Below, one piece after another: positions 22,497 through 34,252 of a DNA stretch of 64,000 bases; the stretch's first letter is position 1, and every line of letters begins with the position of its first letter. Below the pieces are notes generated by a model. It did not search any database, was not told the origin of the DNA, and worked only from the letters and a program-made list of their open reading frames with translations. Source of the stretch: Rebecca billardiae RCC1528 (Eukaryota > Protista > Haptophyta); contig OZ251238.1 of NCBI GenBank assembly GCA_965240325.2, positions 682,001-746,000 of the forward strand. Reading direction: 5' to 3'. Position numbers and translations under genes: made by a program.

Positions 22497-22602
22497 TCTC
22501 TCTCTCTCTCTAGATCTAGATCTAGATCTAGATCTAGATCTAGATCTACTAGATCTAGAGATCTAGATCTAGATCTACTAGATCTAGAGATCTAGATCTA
22601 GA
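22497..22602. repeat. (TC)n followed by self-complementary (TAGATC)n array
   Basis: Direct reading; about 15 hexamer units with a duplicated variant block. Confidence 0.95.
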
Positions 22603-23719
22603 TATACATATATATACTGACAATGACTCATCTTGGCCCGCGGTGCAGGGCGGAGCGCGCAGCGTGGAGCCCGCACCAGCGGGCCCGAACCACAATTCAA
22701 AAAGATCTTTGATCAAAGAAAAAAGGGACGGGGGACGATTTTCAGGGCTGGAGGAGACCGAGTTTCGAATTTTGAGACTCCCTTACAGGTGCATCCTCGT
22801 CGAAAAAGGGCGCGGCCGCCGTCTTGAATAGTGAACAGAGGAATCAACGAAACCCACGCCCAAGTGTGCCAGGGTGAGTAATTACGGGTGGACTCAGTCG
22901 TTCATGTGTGACCATAGTAAATAAATATGGGCCTCGCCGCCGCAAGAACGACTCTCACCAACTCCAATACTGCGAGACATTGAAAAATACCCGCAGCTAT
23001 TCGTCGCCAGCCCATTTCATAGTCACTGATCAACGCACCGAGCTGGCGAGCCTCAAAACTGCCGTCGTCGCAAGGCAGCAGGTTTTGAGCCCGTTTCGGA
23101 GGTGGCGAGGGCGCCGCGCGACTCTCGCCTCCAAGCAAGGGCGGGCGATGGGCAGGTGCGCGCGGCCAGTGGCGCCTGGAGCGCGCGTCTGCGGCGGGTC
23201 CCGACGGCCGTCGACATCGTGTTCGTGCCCCGCTCACTAGTCACTCCGCGCGCCCCTGCCGCCCTGTCGATGCCTGCGCGGCCGGGGCCGCGCGTCAGCG
23301 CAGCCGCCGCCCTTTGTTCGGGCTCTCGCAAGCTCGGGGGCAGCGGCGCCTGACTGATGCCGGACTGATCGATCTCTGAGTCTCCGACTTCACCACACGC
23401 CCCCCTTGTCATGCCTCTCCGCCAGGGTCTCCCAGAACTCTTCTTCAGAGCAGGCGCGCCAACCCGAATCCATCGATCTGTTCCGTGCCGGCACTCTCGG
23501 CCCGCGCCGGCAAGTCTGTCTGCAGCGCTGGACGGGCGGACCTAGGAGGACGAGCTGCGGCGCGGACGACGGTGGTGCGCGACGTCCCCAGAGCTGGCCG
23601 TGCCTCTGCGACGCGTGCCGAGCCTGACCGAGGTGTGTCACCCCGTGACCCCGTGCAGTGCAACCGCGGCGTGCGGAGTGAATAACAATCACCGGTGCCC
23701 TCGCACCTCGGCACACACA

Positions 23720-24047
23720 GTGCTCCCTCTGGCTGTCTGCTCCGCGTGGCCTGGCGTGCACGTAGATAGAGTTGCGCTCATGCGTCGATCACGCCTCGCG
23801 CCCGCCTGTCGGCCGTCGCGCAGGCGCTGGTCGAACCCTACTCGGACCAGTGCAAATCATCTACTCCTGGCTGGCGCTGCCCGGCGGCGCGCGGTGACGA
23901 CAGACAGCGCGGTCAGCAGCAGCGGCCCGAACGAATCCGCGGCCCCGCACCGTGTTCCCTGGCTGTCAGAGTGTCAGCTCCACGTGGCCTGGCGTGCACG
24001 TGGAGTCGCGCTCATGCGTCGATCACGCCTCGTCGCATCCGCCTGTA
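23720..24047 (+). repeat. Local direct duplication of about 90 bp (23720-23810, 23952-24047)
   Basis: CGTGGCCTGGCGTGCACGT...GCGCTCATGCGTCGATCACGCCTCG occurs twice. Confidence 0.85.
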
Positions 24048-24304
24048 CACAATCCGGGCGCCGGCGCCGGCGGCTGCGATGGGCCCGCGCCCGGCGCCGG
24101 CACCGGGGCGCAGCGGCGCGCCGCTGGAGTCTAGTTGTACGGGCATGCAACTGGTCTGTCAATAGACGACTGCGACGGAGGGTGCACCGCCACCGCGGGC
24201 CCCGAACTACGTTCGTTCTACGGAAAAGGACCGCGGAACGCGGTCATATTAATCTCGCGCTGTGCCTGTGTCGATCGTATACGGCTAGGCCGTTAATCAG
24301 CGCG

Positions 24305-24306
<2 letters not shown>

Positions 24307-24343
<37 letters not shown>

Positions 24344-24364
24344 AGAGAGAGAGAGAGAGAGAGA
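24307..24364. repeat. (GA)n microsatellite
   Basis: Direct reading. Confidence 0.95.
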
Positions 24365-25740
24365 GGAAGAGGAACTTAGCGTGCTGCCTTGATGAACACG
24401 GGCCTGCGGCGCGTCGCTACTCGCTAGCTGCGATGGTAGACCTACATCAATGTACTACTCAGCAATACATCAATACTCAATTAGTGAGTCAATAGCTGCC
24501 TAGACCAGTTGCACGCGTGAGCGCCGAAAAAACGACTCTTTGGCAGTGATAGTCACAGTCGCCCCCGGCGGGCATGCCGCTGCCGCCGGTGGCGGCGGCA
24601 GCGGGAGCGTGGCAGCGATCTACCACATTCCGCGTTACACGCTGCGCCGCGCGCGCCAGGTGCCAGGTGCCCCCGGTCCGCCGCGCGGAAGGCAGCGCGG
24701 TCGGCGAGCGCAGAGGTGAGAAGGAGGCGCGCATCGTGAGAGCTTCAGCAGCTTGCCCGCGCTTCACGTAGGGTTGCGTGCGCACGCGGTCTGTACCCGT
24801 ACACGCGATCGTGGCGTGAGCCACTCCAGGTCCTGCCTGCGCCTCGCGGGCCGTGCCGCCGGCGCCTCATCTCCTGAATCCTCGTCCACGTTCATGAGGA
24901 TAGCACTGAGCACGCGCATCGGTTCGCGCGCTCGCGGCCGATGGCGCGGGCAGCTCCTCGCGTCGAGGGCGTTTGGTTGGAGGTGCATCCACGAATGTTG
25001 GCACGGTGCTGCCCGATCCTAACGCTGAGGCGGCGCGCTTCCCGAAGGCAGCAGCATTGGCTGATGCCTTCTACCTTTGGGCAAGAAGGTTGCGCAGGGT
25101 TGCCCTGCGCAACCGCGCGCTGACGCTGCCGGCGCCGACGGGCGCGCGCGCGGCGTGGCTTCTGGTGGGCACCTGCCCTGGGTTTTTCCGTTCGTTCTCA
25201 GCGACGGTGGGGCCGATTGACATGCGGATTGGATTGGTGCATTGCGAATCGGCTTCGCAATGCACCATTGCGCTCGGATCGGCGCGGAAGTCTAGCGGAA
25301 AAACCGAGATTTCACGCATGACGGATACTCACCCGTGCTGTTGAGAGCTACCAGCAAGATTTGGTGAGATGCAGTGGTGCTTGAACATTATATTTTAGTG
25401 CGCTGACCCCCGAGATTCCAGAGACCAATTCTATGATTTAAAGACACAGGCACGAGGGCGCAGCTCTCCTGATTCGTCTGTCGAAGTACTGAATGGAGTT
25501 AATGGAGGATGTCGGAGCGCGTTGGCCGCGGGTGAGGGAGTCGTCGTAACCGATGCTGATCACACGGTCACTGAGGTAGTAGGCGCCCGGGGATGCCGCT
25601 GTTTTGCAGTCGTCGTCGGCCTTGGTCATCATGTAGTTGCCCGTGTCGTCGTCGTCCGAGGCTGTTCAAGTTGATGCCGTAGTGCAGGTAGTGGATGTGG
25701 TCGCCCGGGCCGGTGTGCGCGGCCTAGTGGCCTTGCCGAG

Positions 25741-25866
25741 TTGAGGGAGTAGTCGCCCTTGCCGTTGAGGAAGTCGTCGTCCTTGCCGTTGAGGAAGTCG
25801 TCGCCCTGGCCGCAGAGGAAGTCGTCGCCCTTGCCGTTGAGGAAGTCGTCGTCCTGGCCGCTGAGG
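25741..25866 (-). repeat. 24-bp tandem repeat x5 in element X (also about 55896-56021)
   Basis: Unit AAGG(A/G)CGACGACTTCCTCAACGGC on the minus strand. Confidence 0.9.
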
Positions 25867-25919
25867 GTGCCTGCGCTGCCCAACCGGGCGCGTCTGGCGC
25901 GCCAGCGCCGCGCGCGGCT

Positions 25920-27023
25920 CTACGCCAGCGACTGCGGCGCGGCGGCAGCCAGGTCACGGGGGGGGTCGCCGAGGGACGCGGTGCGAGCCTGCTTGGCCGG
26001 CTTGGCGTCGCTCCCGCCAGCGGAGGAGGGCCCATCCTCCTCCGCCGGCGTGGACGGCTCGGTCGCCGCGCGCTTGCCGGCTGCCGCGGCGCCGGGGGGC
26101 AGGACCAGGCGGTAGTTGGACTCCCCGAGCGCCGGCCTGGCCTGTTGCACCTCGGGCCCGTCCGACGGCGCGGCCGCGGTTGGTGGCTGGGGTGGCGGGA
26201 TGGCATCGTCCGAACCCTCCCCCTCGGGCTCCTCCGCCTCCGGGCCGGCGGGGTCCGCCGCCTGTTGGTCGGCCGGCTGAGGAGCAGGGCGGCGCGCAGC
26301 GGCGGGCGGCGCGGGCGGCACAGGCGGCGCGGGCGGCACGCCCCACAGGTTGTGTGGGACGCGGGCGGCGCCGGCGATGCGGCGGCTCGGCTTGAGCGGC
26401 GCGAAGAAGATGGGGTGCTCGGGGTCGATGGGCATGAAACGCAGGCGGAGGAAGATCAGGTTCACACCGCCGGAGTAGATGTTGGTCTCGACGTGCTCAC
26501 CGTTGGTCACGTACTTGTTGATGTCGGGCACGATCTGCTCGTAGAGGGCCCTGTGAAACTGCACGAGCGTCATCGTGGGGCTAACCGGGAGCGTGAGGGA
26601 CACGTCCTTCGCCTGGGTTGCGAGGTCGGCCGCCGACAGCGCGAGCATCTCCTGCGTGAGCTCCGTGGTGCACGCCGTGAGAATGTTCGGCATGCACAGG
26701 CTGGTGGCCAGGCGGCGGCAGATGGTCATGTTCTCGAGCACCGAGCCGGTGAAGGAGAAAACGTGCTTATTGCCTTTGGGGTCCTGGGTGAGTCCTGAGA
26801 GCAGTCGCCCGCCTTGCGAGTTGGGCGCCACGTCGCTCAGGCAGCGCGCGCTCAGCTTGATCATCGTCGTGCACATCTGCTGGCCCGCATCCCGCCTGGC
26901 GGTGGGGGTGCTCGGCCGTTCCACCTGCAGCCCGCGCTCGAAGTTGTTGGAAGAGGGGAAGAAGCTCAAGGCGCTCCTGCTGTTGAGACGGTCGCGGAAA
27001 AAGCCGTGCTGGTAAGGGGGCAT
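25920..27023 (-). CDS. Element X ORF, 367 aa, unknown (possibly ORF1/Gag-like)
   Basis: ATG 27023 (MPPYQHGFF); globular-looking N-terminal ~220 aa followed by a P/A/E-rich tail; intact in both copies. Confidence 0.65.
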   Translation of the reverse strand: MPPYQHGFFRDRLNSRSALSFFPSSNNFERGLQVERPSTPTARRDAGQQMCTTMIKLSARCLSDVAPNSQGGRLLSGLTQDPKGNKHVFSFTGSVLENMTICRRLATSLCMPNILTACTTELTQEMLALSAADLATQAKDVSLTLPVSPTMTLVQFHRALYEQIVPDINKYVTNGEHVETNIYSGGVNLIFLRLRFMPIDPEHPIFFAPLKPSRRIAGAARVPHNLWGVPPAPPVPPAPPAAARRPAPQPADQQAADPAGPEAEEPEGEGSDDAIPPPQPPTAAAPSDGPEVQQARPALGESNYRLVLPPGAAAAGKRAATEPSTPAEEDGPSSAGGSDAKPAKQARTASLGDPPRDLAAAAPQSLA

Positions 27024-27739
27024 GGTGGCCGGTGTGGCGGGCGCGGGGCTGCGGAGGGCCGGGGGGCGGGTGCGGAAGCACTGCGGTGCGAGCGAGGTCG
27101 GTGCTGGTGCCAAAGGCATTTCGGCGCGCGGGGTTGAAATCAAATTTCAAAACCCAGGTCCGGAGTGGCCCCGCCGGTCCCCCGGACCACGGCGGCCCGT
27201 CGTGCGTTTCGGGGGGAGAGGGGTTTGTCGCGAAACGGGCAGGATGGGGAAAAGGGGGGGGGGGGGGGGGGGGCTCGCGGCCGCCGCGGGGAGGCCGGGA
27301 CGGGCGCGGTCTCCACCTGAGGGCCGGGCGCTGCTCAGGAAGGAGGGCGGCCCACACTCCGCGTGTCGCTCCCCAGTGCCTCCGCACAGGCACACCGCAG
27401 GTGTTCGCCGTCGTGTCGGGATGAGCATGCGCTTGGCGTCCGCACCCGGGGCCAGTCCTTTCATGGTCAGCAAGCAGGCGGGGGGGGGGGCGTGCGTGTG
27501 CAAGCGCGGGTGGATATGTCGTGTCTGCGATATGCGGAGTGTTGGATGCGGGTTGCGCCGGTGCCCCAGGGCACCGGTGAGTGTGTCGCCGCCCGCGGCG
27601 CGGCAATTATTTTTTGAATCGATCGACGGGTGGACGAAAATAGACCAGCCGGGGCGGTCACAAAGTTATTATAATATTACAGTTTACTAAGAATAAGAGA
27701 CGCACGCAGCTCAGGCGTGCGATTCCAGTCGGGGGCGGC

Positions 27740-29460
27740 ATTTGGCGATGCCTGCCCCCTCTGCGATCATGCTCCACTGCTACATCCAGCGCCAGATACT
27801 GAGCACCACCTCTTCTCTGACTTCTGAGTGCCCTGAGGTCGATGCCTACCGCATGGCTGCTGCCAGAAGCGTATCGCATGTAATTGAGCCCTTCATGCAG
27901 GGACAGGCTGCAGCATGGAACTTGGCACGTCACGTGTGCTCTGGGGCTGCCCTCATGGACAGGGTGCCCAGCACACTGAAGACCACTGTGGCCGTGTGGG
28001 GGGCAACGTGCATCTCGGCAGGACCATGCACGTGGCCTTACTGAAGGCAGGGCTAGGCTGCATCATGCAGGCCCGCAAGGACGTGGACTCCCAGCTGTCA
28101 AAGGCAGGACGTCTCCTTCGGCTTCGACATGCCAGGGAGCTTCGGCCGCCGCCTGGGCACGGCCAGGGGGGGCAGCCCCCACCCCCACAGGCACAGGCAG
28201 GCCCAGGAGGGGCGATTGCCATGAATAATCAAGTTGCAAGGACCACCTGTCATCCAGCAGCAACCCCCTGCCCAGGCTGGCCAGGGCTGGCAGGCAGGCG
28301 CGGGGCAGGCCAACCTGCACCAGCCCATAGCGCGCGGTCACCACGTGCGCCCCCAGCTACTCTTGCGGGCGTGGCCTCTTCAGCGTGCTCGCCCCCTCCC
28401 TATGGTGATTGCGTGGCCACTGCAGCCTGCCACACCTCTTGTGGCATGGCCGCTCCAATATGCCACCCAGCTGGCTCGCAGCGATGTGGGTCCACCGGAC
28501 AATGTGTTGACACATGGGGGCCCTGAGATGGAGGCAGACCCGGCTGCTGGCAGTCACACTGGTAACGGAGCTCAAAGCGGCCTTACGCAGTCAGACACTG
28601 GACAGCAGGCCACACAGACACCTGCTGGCTCTGCCAGGCCACTGGCAGCCCCCAGGCGCAGGCTGCCTCCTCCTAGTCAAGCTCAGCAAGACAGACCCCC
28701 GACCCAACGACACTGCCCACCCCGCCAGGCAAATGTGCCGCAGCAGAGCACGCTACCCCCTGCAAAGCGCAGCAGGAAGAGGCGAGCAAACGACACCTCC
28801 CCAGGCGTATTAGCCATCGCCACCACTTTGCTTGCTTCCTACAGCGGCCCACGCCCTGACTTGATGCCCGATGTAGCACACATGTCTGACATGACCCCCT
28901 TTGCCTCCATAGCTGCACGAGTGAAATACAGGCGCCTCGCTGCCAGGGCCAGTGCGGCCCAGACCCCTGCCCAGCTACTGGGCTCGATGACAGTCCCCTC
29001 AGTCCCCTTCCCCGCGCAGGGATCGGCTAGTGGCTGGCCCTCTGCCCCACACTGCCAGGGCACCCTAGGGGGTGCCCCTTCTGCCGACTCGGCTCAAACT
29101 CGATGATCTTGAATTGCAAGGCCGTGCACTGCTTGTACCTGGGACCACCCCACAGTGTTGGGCTTGTATGCTGTAGTTGGCAATGGCATACCCCCGCCCC
29201 CTCTGGCTAGGCGGGCTGTCCACAGTGGAGTGGTGTCAAGACACTACGGGTGTCTCGGTCAGTGGTTTGAAGTTGGGTGAGGGTGGTGGTTGGTTGGGGG
29301 CTGGCCAGGGTAGGGCTGGAGGCTTCGGCCGCCAGCCTGATCACCCGGAGCCCGTTATAAAGGGGAATTTTACTAGGCGAGATTACTGTGTATGGGGGTA
29401 TGGAGCGCTCGCTGTGGAACTTGAGCCGGGTGGAACTTGACTTTGAGCCCGCATTTCCCA
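27740..29460 (+). pseudogene. CpG-depleted decayed coding-like/TE-like segment
   Basis: GC-rich but few CpG with many TG/CA; broken ORFs 27742-28044 and 28234-29106 (Q/P-rich, PAKRSRKRR). Confidence 0.45.
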
Positions 29461-30109
29461 GCGAAGTGCCCCATCTCGACGTGGCTGGCACGGTCGGCAC
29501 ACGCTCCTGATAGCTCGTTTCGCGGTGCTGCAGACCTTGGGCAGACCAGGCAGACATGCCGCGACCGAATTACCGGGCCATGTGCGCACCACATCCGCGC
29601 TACGTGGCCTGCGCGCTGGACGACTGAGAGTCAACGCCGAACCACTGCCATTCCACTGCCCCGCATGCACCCCGAGTCACCTTCAGAGGGCGTCGACGAG
29701 CGCAGAGCGGGTGCGCTGGAGTTCGACCAACTCGTGTACCTTCTTGCAAGCACCAGCGGCGAGGTCGCAAGCTGAACCTTGACAAGCCGTGGAACTTGAG
29801 CTGGTCGGCAGCAAAACCACCACTTGGCACCGGATCAAGTTAGCAGCGTGCGAGGAGGAGGCGCGGTGCGCGTCCGCGGCTGGCGAGAGGCGTCCGGACC
29901 GTGCCGTTCTCGGCCGCGCCCGCGCGCTTCCCGCCGCCGCCGGCCCCGTGTACGCCCGTCGTCGCCCTCGCCGCGCGGGCGCCAAACCGGCTCAAGTTCG
30001 AGGTCTCCCGGCAGCCATCGTGTGTGAATTCACACCAGACAAGCGCGAGCCAACGGTGCGGAATCAGCGGCGGCGGCGCCAGGCGTACAGTAGCGGTAGA
30101 CTGGCGCCC

Positions 30110-30233
30110 ATGGACGAGAAGTTCGTCGCCTTGCTCGGGCGGCTTGAGACGGTCACTTCGCGGCTCGAGGCAGTCGACCTGCGGAGTGCGCCAGCTGCCG
30201 GCTCGGCCAGCGCGGCTGTGGCCAGCGCGCCAC

Positions 30234-30275
<42 letters not shown>

Positions 30276-31095
30276 CATCTGCCTCCTCTGGCGGCGGCGT
30301 GCCCGCGGGTGCCAGTGCGACGGGCTCGGCCTTCTTGAAGGGGTTCGACGACCTGATCGCCTCGCACGTGAACGTCTGGGCGGGCCACGCCGAGAAGGTC
30401 GGGCCAGACACGGCGAAGCAGGCCACGCACGTGCGCGCCGCCTTTGACGCGCAGCGCAAGTTCCTCGAGGCGGCGGCCGCGTGCAAGAAGCCCTCGGGCG
30501 AGGAGCTGCCGATGATGCTGAAGGAGACGTCGAACGCGATCGCGGCGACGCAGGCCGCCGTCGAGCGCCGCTCGAAGGACTTCGAGCTGCTCAACGCCGT
30601 CGGCGAGGGCATCGCTGCGCTCGGCTGGGTCGCGGTCGAGCCGTTGCCCGTGCCTCACGTGGAGGAGATGAAGAATGCCTCCGACTTCTACGGGACCAAG
30701 GTGCTGATGAAGAACAAGAACGACTCGGCGGCGGAGGCGCAGGTGCGCGTGGCCTTCGCCAACGCGTGGAAGGAGCTGCTCATCGCGCTCGGCGCGTACG
30801 TCAAGGAGCACCACCGCACCGGCGTCAGCTGGAACCCCAAGGTGCGCCCGGCGCCTGCGCCCGGTGGCGCACCCAGCCGGCTGCCCGCGCGGCCGCGCGC
30901 TGCGGCGGGCGGGGCGAAGGCAGCCGCCGTGCCGCCGCGCGCCGCGTCATCGCGTGCGCGTGGAGCGTGCCGGCCGCGCACGGCTCACGTGGCGCCCCCC
31001 CCGCGCCCCCCGCGCGCGCCCTCGCGCAGGGCGTCCTGGTGCATGAGTGGTCAGGCAGCGGCGCCGGAGCTGCGCCGAGCACAGGCGGCGGTGGC

Positions 31096-31128
<33 letters not shown>

Positions 31129-31941
31129 GCGCCCGTGGACGGAGCGTCCGCCGGCGGAAGTATGAGCGGCGGGATGGCCTCTGTCTTCTCGCAGATCAAC
31201 CAAACCGGCCTGGCTGTCACCTCGGGCCTCCGCCACGTGACCAAAGGCGACAAGAGCGCGCCGCCGGCCGCAGGCGCGAAGAAGCCGGCTGGCGGCGCGT
31301 CTGCCGGCGCGGGCTCGACCGCGGCGGCGGCCGCGCCCGTCGAGGGGCGCAAGAAGCTCGAGGGCAAGAAGTGGATGGTCGAGCACTTCAAGGGCGACGC
31401 CAGCATCGTCATCGACCAGGCGAGGCTTCAGGTGCGCAGCGCCTCCGCGCGCTGCGCCCTCCCTCCCACCCGCCCGCCTCGCGCCAACCAGCTGAGCGCG
31501 CGCGCGCCCTCCCGCGCCGCGCCCGCCCGCCTGCCGCCGTTCGGTGCGCAGGAGAGCGTCTACCTGTTCAAGTGCGACGGTTGCGTCGTGCAGGTGAAGG
31601 GCAAGGTGAACCAGATCGCGATCGACTCGTGCAAGAAGACGCAGGTGGTCTTCGACTCGGTGATGGCGGGCCTTGAGGTGATCAACTCGACGGGGTGCAA
31701 GGTGCAGGTGACCGGCTCGGTCGGCACGATCAACGTGGAGAAGTCGGAGGGCACGCAGCTCATCCTCTCCACAGAGGCGCTCAAGGCCGACATCATCTCC
31801 GCCAAGTCGTCCGAGCTCAACATCATCGTGCCCGGCGCAACAGAGAAGGACGAGTACAAGGAGCACGCCATCCCCGAGCAGTTCATCTCCAAGTACGACG
31901 GCAAGCGCTTTGTGACGACCACGCTCGAGCACGCGGCGTGA
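30110..31941 (+). CDS. CAP1: Adenylyl cyclase-associated protein CAP/Srv2 (introns 30842-31029, 31432-31551)
   Basis: RLE..SRLE N-terminal motif, EGIAALGWV, YVKEHHRTGVSWN, polyproline, WH2-like VTSGLRHV, CARP domain KGKVNQIAIDSCKK...EHAIPEQF. Confidence 0.95.
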
Positions 31942-33128
31942 GGCGGAGGCTGGGTGCGCTCGCCGGCTGGGCAGAGCCGGGCGCTGCGCAGGAGCGCTCC
32001 GAGGGGCCCTCGCTCGGCCGGAGTGGGGCCCATGGCGCCGTGCGCGTGCGGACGCGGTTGGACGCGCGCCAGCCAGCCTGCCACCTCAGCCTGGCCTGAG
32101 CCAGGGCGGCTGGGCACCAGCGCGCGTACCGACCGGCGCTGGCCTCTGAGTCCGAGGCCGTGAGACAATAACACCGTGACTACCGTGTCCGTGAGACCGC
32201 GCGAGCCGCACGAGACGACGAGGATGAGATCGCGCGTCCGAGTGAACCGCGCGCCGGTAACCGGTTCGGCCAGCCCGGTCACACGGGTCAGTCCGGGTCG
32301 GAGCCCCACGGCAGCCCCACGTCAGCCGCACGGGCGCACGGCCCACGCGCCGGGCGGCAGTCTCACTACCGCAGTCGGTGAGTCTGGCTGCCCGCTGTCG
32401 GCCCGGGCCCGGGCCCGGGGCCGGAAGTCCTGTCGGTCCGAGACCGAGTCGTTCCGACAGCTCCGCCGCGCGACGAAACTTAGTAATAATCCGGAAACCG
32501 TACTCGCGACTACTGTCTGACTCTATCGAAAGTAACGAAAGTGACACTCTGATTGATGTCTGATCCGATGACGAAAGTCGTCGTCGTCGGCGACGAAGAC
32601 TCCGGATGAAGAGGCTCAGCGCCGCAGGCTTGCCTCAGCTCACAGCTGCCGCCTGTGCCGCTGTGCGGAGTGTGCCTCTAAGTCTGACAGTGTGCCTGCT
32701 GATGGCTGATGATCGGATGACTGCGCCACTCGGACTAAGTACATCCGAGTCATTGACATTTGTCATTTGACACTCCGAGTCATCCGACCGGACCGCATCG
32801 TCAGCCAGCGGCACGGTGCCGCCACTCGGGCCCGGGCAGCTGCTATTATATCGTCGGCATAAGTATATCGCTGTATACATATATATCGTCGTCGGCACTC
32901 CGTATAGTGAGTCCGGACTCTGCCGTCTCTGGTCGGACCGGGCGGTCGCCGCGATCGGTCCGCCGGTCGCGCAGCAGCGCCGCAGCGCGCACGACTGCAG
33001 TCGTCAGCTAAGCTGGCGCGCACTAGCACTGCGGCATCGTCAGCTGCCGAACAGCGGCGTCACACGCGCACACGCGCCCACCACACGCCCACGGCTCGGC
33101 CGTCGCGCCCGCCGCCGCGCCGCGGCCC

Positions 33129-34048
33129 TCACCAGCCGTTCCTCCGGTGGTGCTGCAGCATGCGCGAGAAGGCGGCGCTCGCCTCCGCCTCGCTGTATTC
33201 CGTGAGCGGCGGGTGGCCGTACTCGGAGCGGAGGTCGATGCGCAGCGGGCCGCTGCGCCCGCCTGGCCCGGTGGCCGTGCGCACGACGGTCGACTCGCAG
33301 TCGATCATGTTGGCGAGCGCGACGAGCAGCACGCCCTCCACCGTGAACGACGCCTGCCAGCTGTTGGCCGTGCCGGATGTCGTCAGCATCTCCATGCAGA
33401 CCGAGCCGCCCGCCTGCGGGCCGGGCCGGGCGGGCGGGGGCGTGAGCGGCGCGCGGTGAGGGGCGCGCGCGCGGAGGGGCGCGCCGGGCACACACCGCCC
33501 CAGCCCGCGCGCACCGTCACGTGCCCGGTGTACCAGCGCATCCGCGGCAGCACGACCCTGAGTGCGAGCGGCGAGGTCGGGTAGTCCCGAGGGAAGCCGA
33601 TCTCCATCAGCACGTGGTCGTGGCCGTGCCGCCGCTTGAGCTCGGCCAGGTCGCGGTTGAGGGCGCGGCCGCCGGGCACGGCGTCGTCGAACTGCCGGAT
33701 TCGGAAGCGCCAGCGCATCGCGTCGTCGCCCACCATCTCGAGCCGCTCGACCGGCAGCTGCCGCTGCGCAATCAGCTCCTGCATGGCGCCAAACTCAGCC
33801 ATCACGCGCTTCACGCCGTTCCACTTGAGCCAGCTGGGCTCGGTGTCCTTGCTCTTCGCGCGTGGTGGCGCGCTGGGCGCGCTCGCGCCGCGCTTCCCTG
33901 CCGCGTCCTCCTCGTCGCTGTCGTCCAGTAGGATGATCTCGGCGGAGGCGGGCGTCGCGCGCCGATCGGCGTGCGCGCCGCGCCGCGCCTTGAGCTCGGG
34001 CTCGTCGTCGTCGAGCAAGTCGATCACCTCGACCTTGCGCGTGGTCAT
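33129..34048 (-). CDS. Ubiquitin-conjugating enzyme E2, UBE2Q-like (intron 33414-33514)
   Basis: FPRDYPTSPLALRVVLPR..YTGHVT/AGGSVCMEMLT (catalytic Cys); C-terminal YSEAEA.AAF.R+...H..NGW typical of UBE2Q. Confidence 0.9.
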
Positions 34049-34252
34049 TGCACCGGCCGAGTGCCGACGGTGCGGCCCTCGCGCAGTCCGCGCCGCGGGC
34101 CCGCTTCTCGCGGCGGGTGCACGGAAAGCCACTCGGGCGGAGCCTCCGCGTTCGTCCGGTTGCGCTGTCCGCGCTGCAGCGCGACGTGCAAGCACTGGCC
34201 GACGTCGCGTGCGAGTCGCCATCGTGGATCGGCGAGGCATTTCGCGCGCGGA

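Larger units (their letters stand above)
25423..27551 (-). mobile_element. 2.1-kb dispersed element X, copy 1
   Basis: Nearly identical to 55578-57720 (two substitutions seen; poly-G 20 vs 34); sharp boundaries GACCAATTC... and ...TTGGATGCGG with unrelated flanks. Confidence 0.9.

Noticed and set aside
22635-24201. TIR element bounded by GGCCCGCGGTG/CACCGCGGGCC
   Set aside because: Only 11 GC-rich bases, no TSD, and the right motif also matches a direct repeat near 22675; not distinguishable from chance
25741-25866. 24-bp repeats as a CRISPR array
   Set aside because: Units are directly adjacent with no unique spacers, no cas genes, and the context is eukaryotic
27254-27273. Poly-G length difference (20 vs 34) as regulated phase variation
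   Set aside because: Lies outside the ORF, and long homopolymer lengths are unreliable in assemblies
29680-29775. EF-hand-like peptide GVDERRAGALEFDQLVYLL
   Set aside because: Key ligands missing, isolated and followed by a stop; insufficient support
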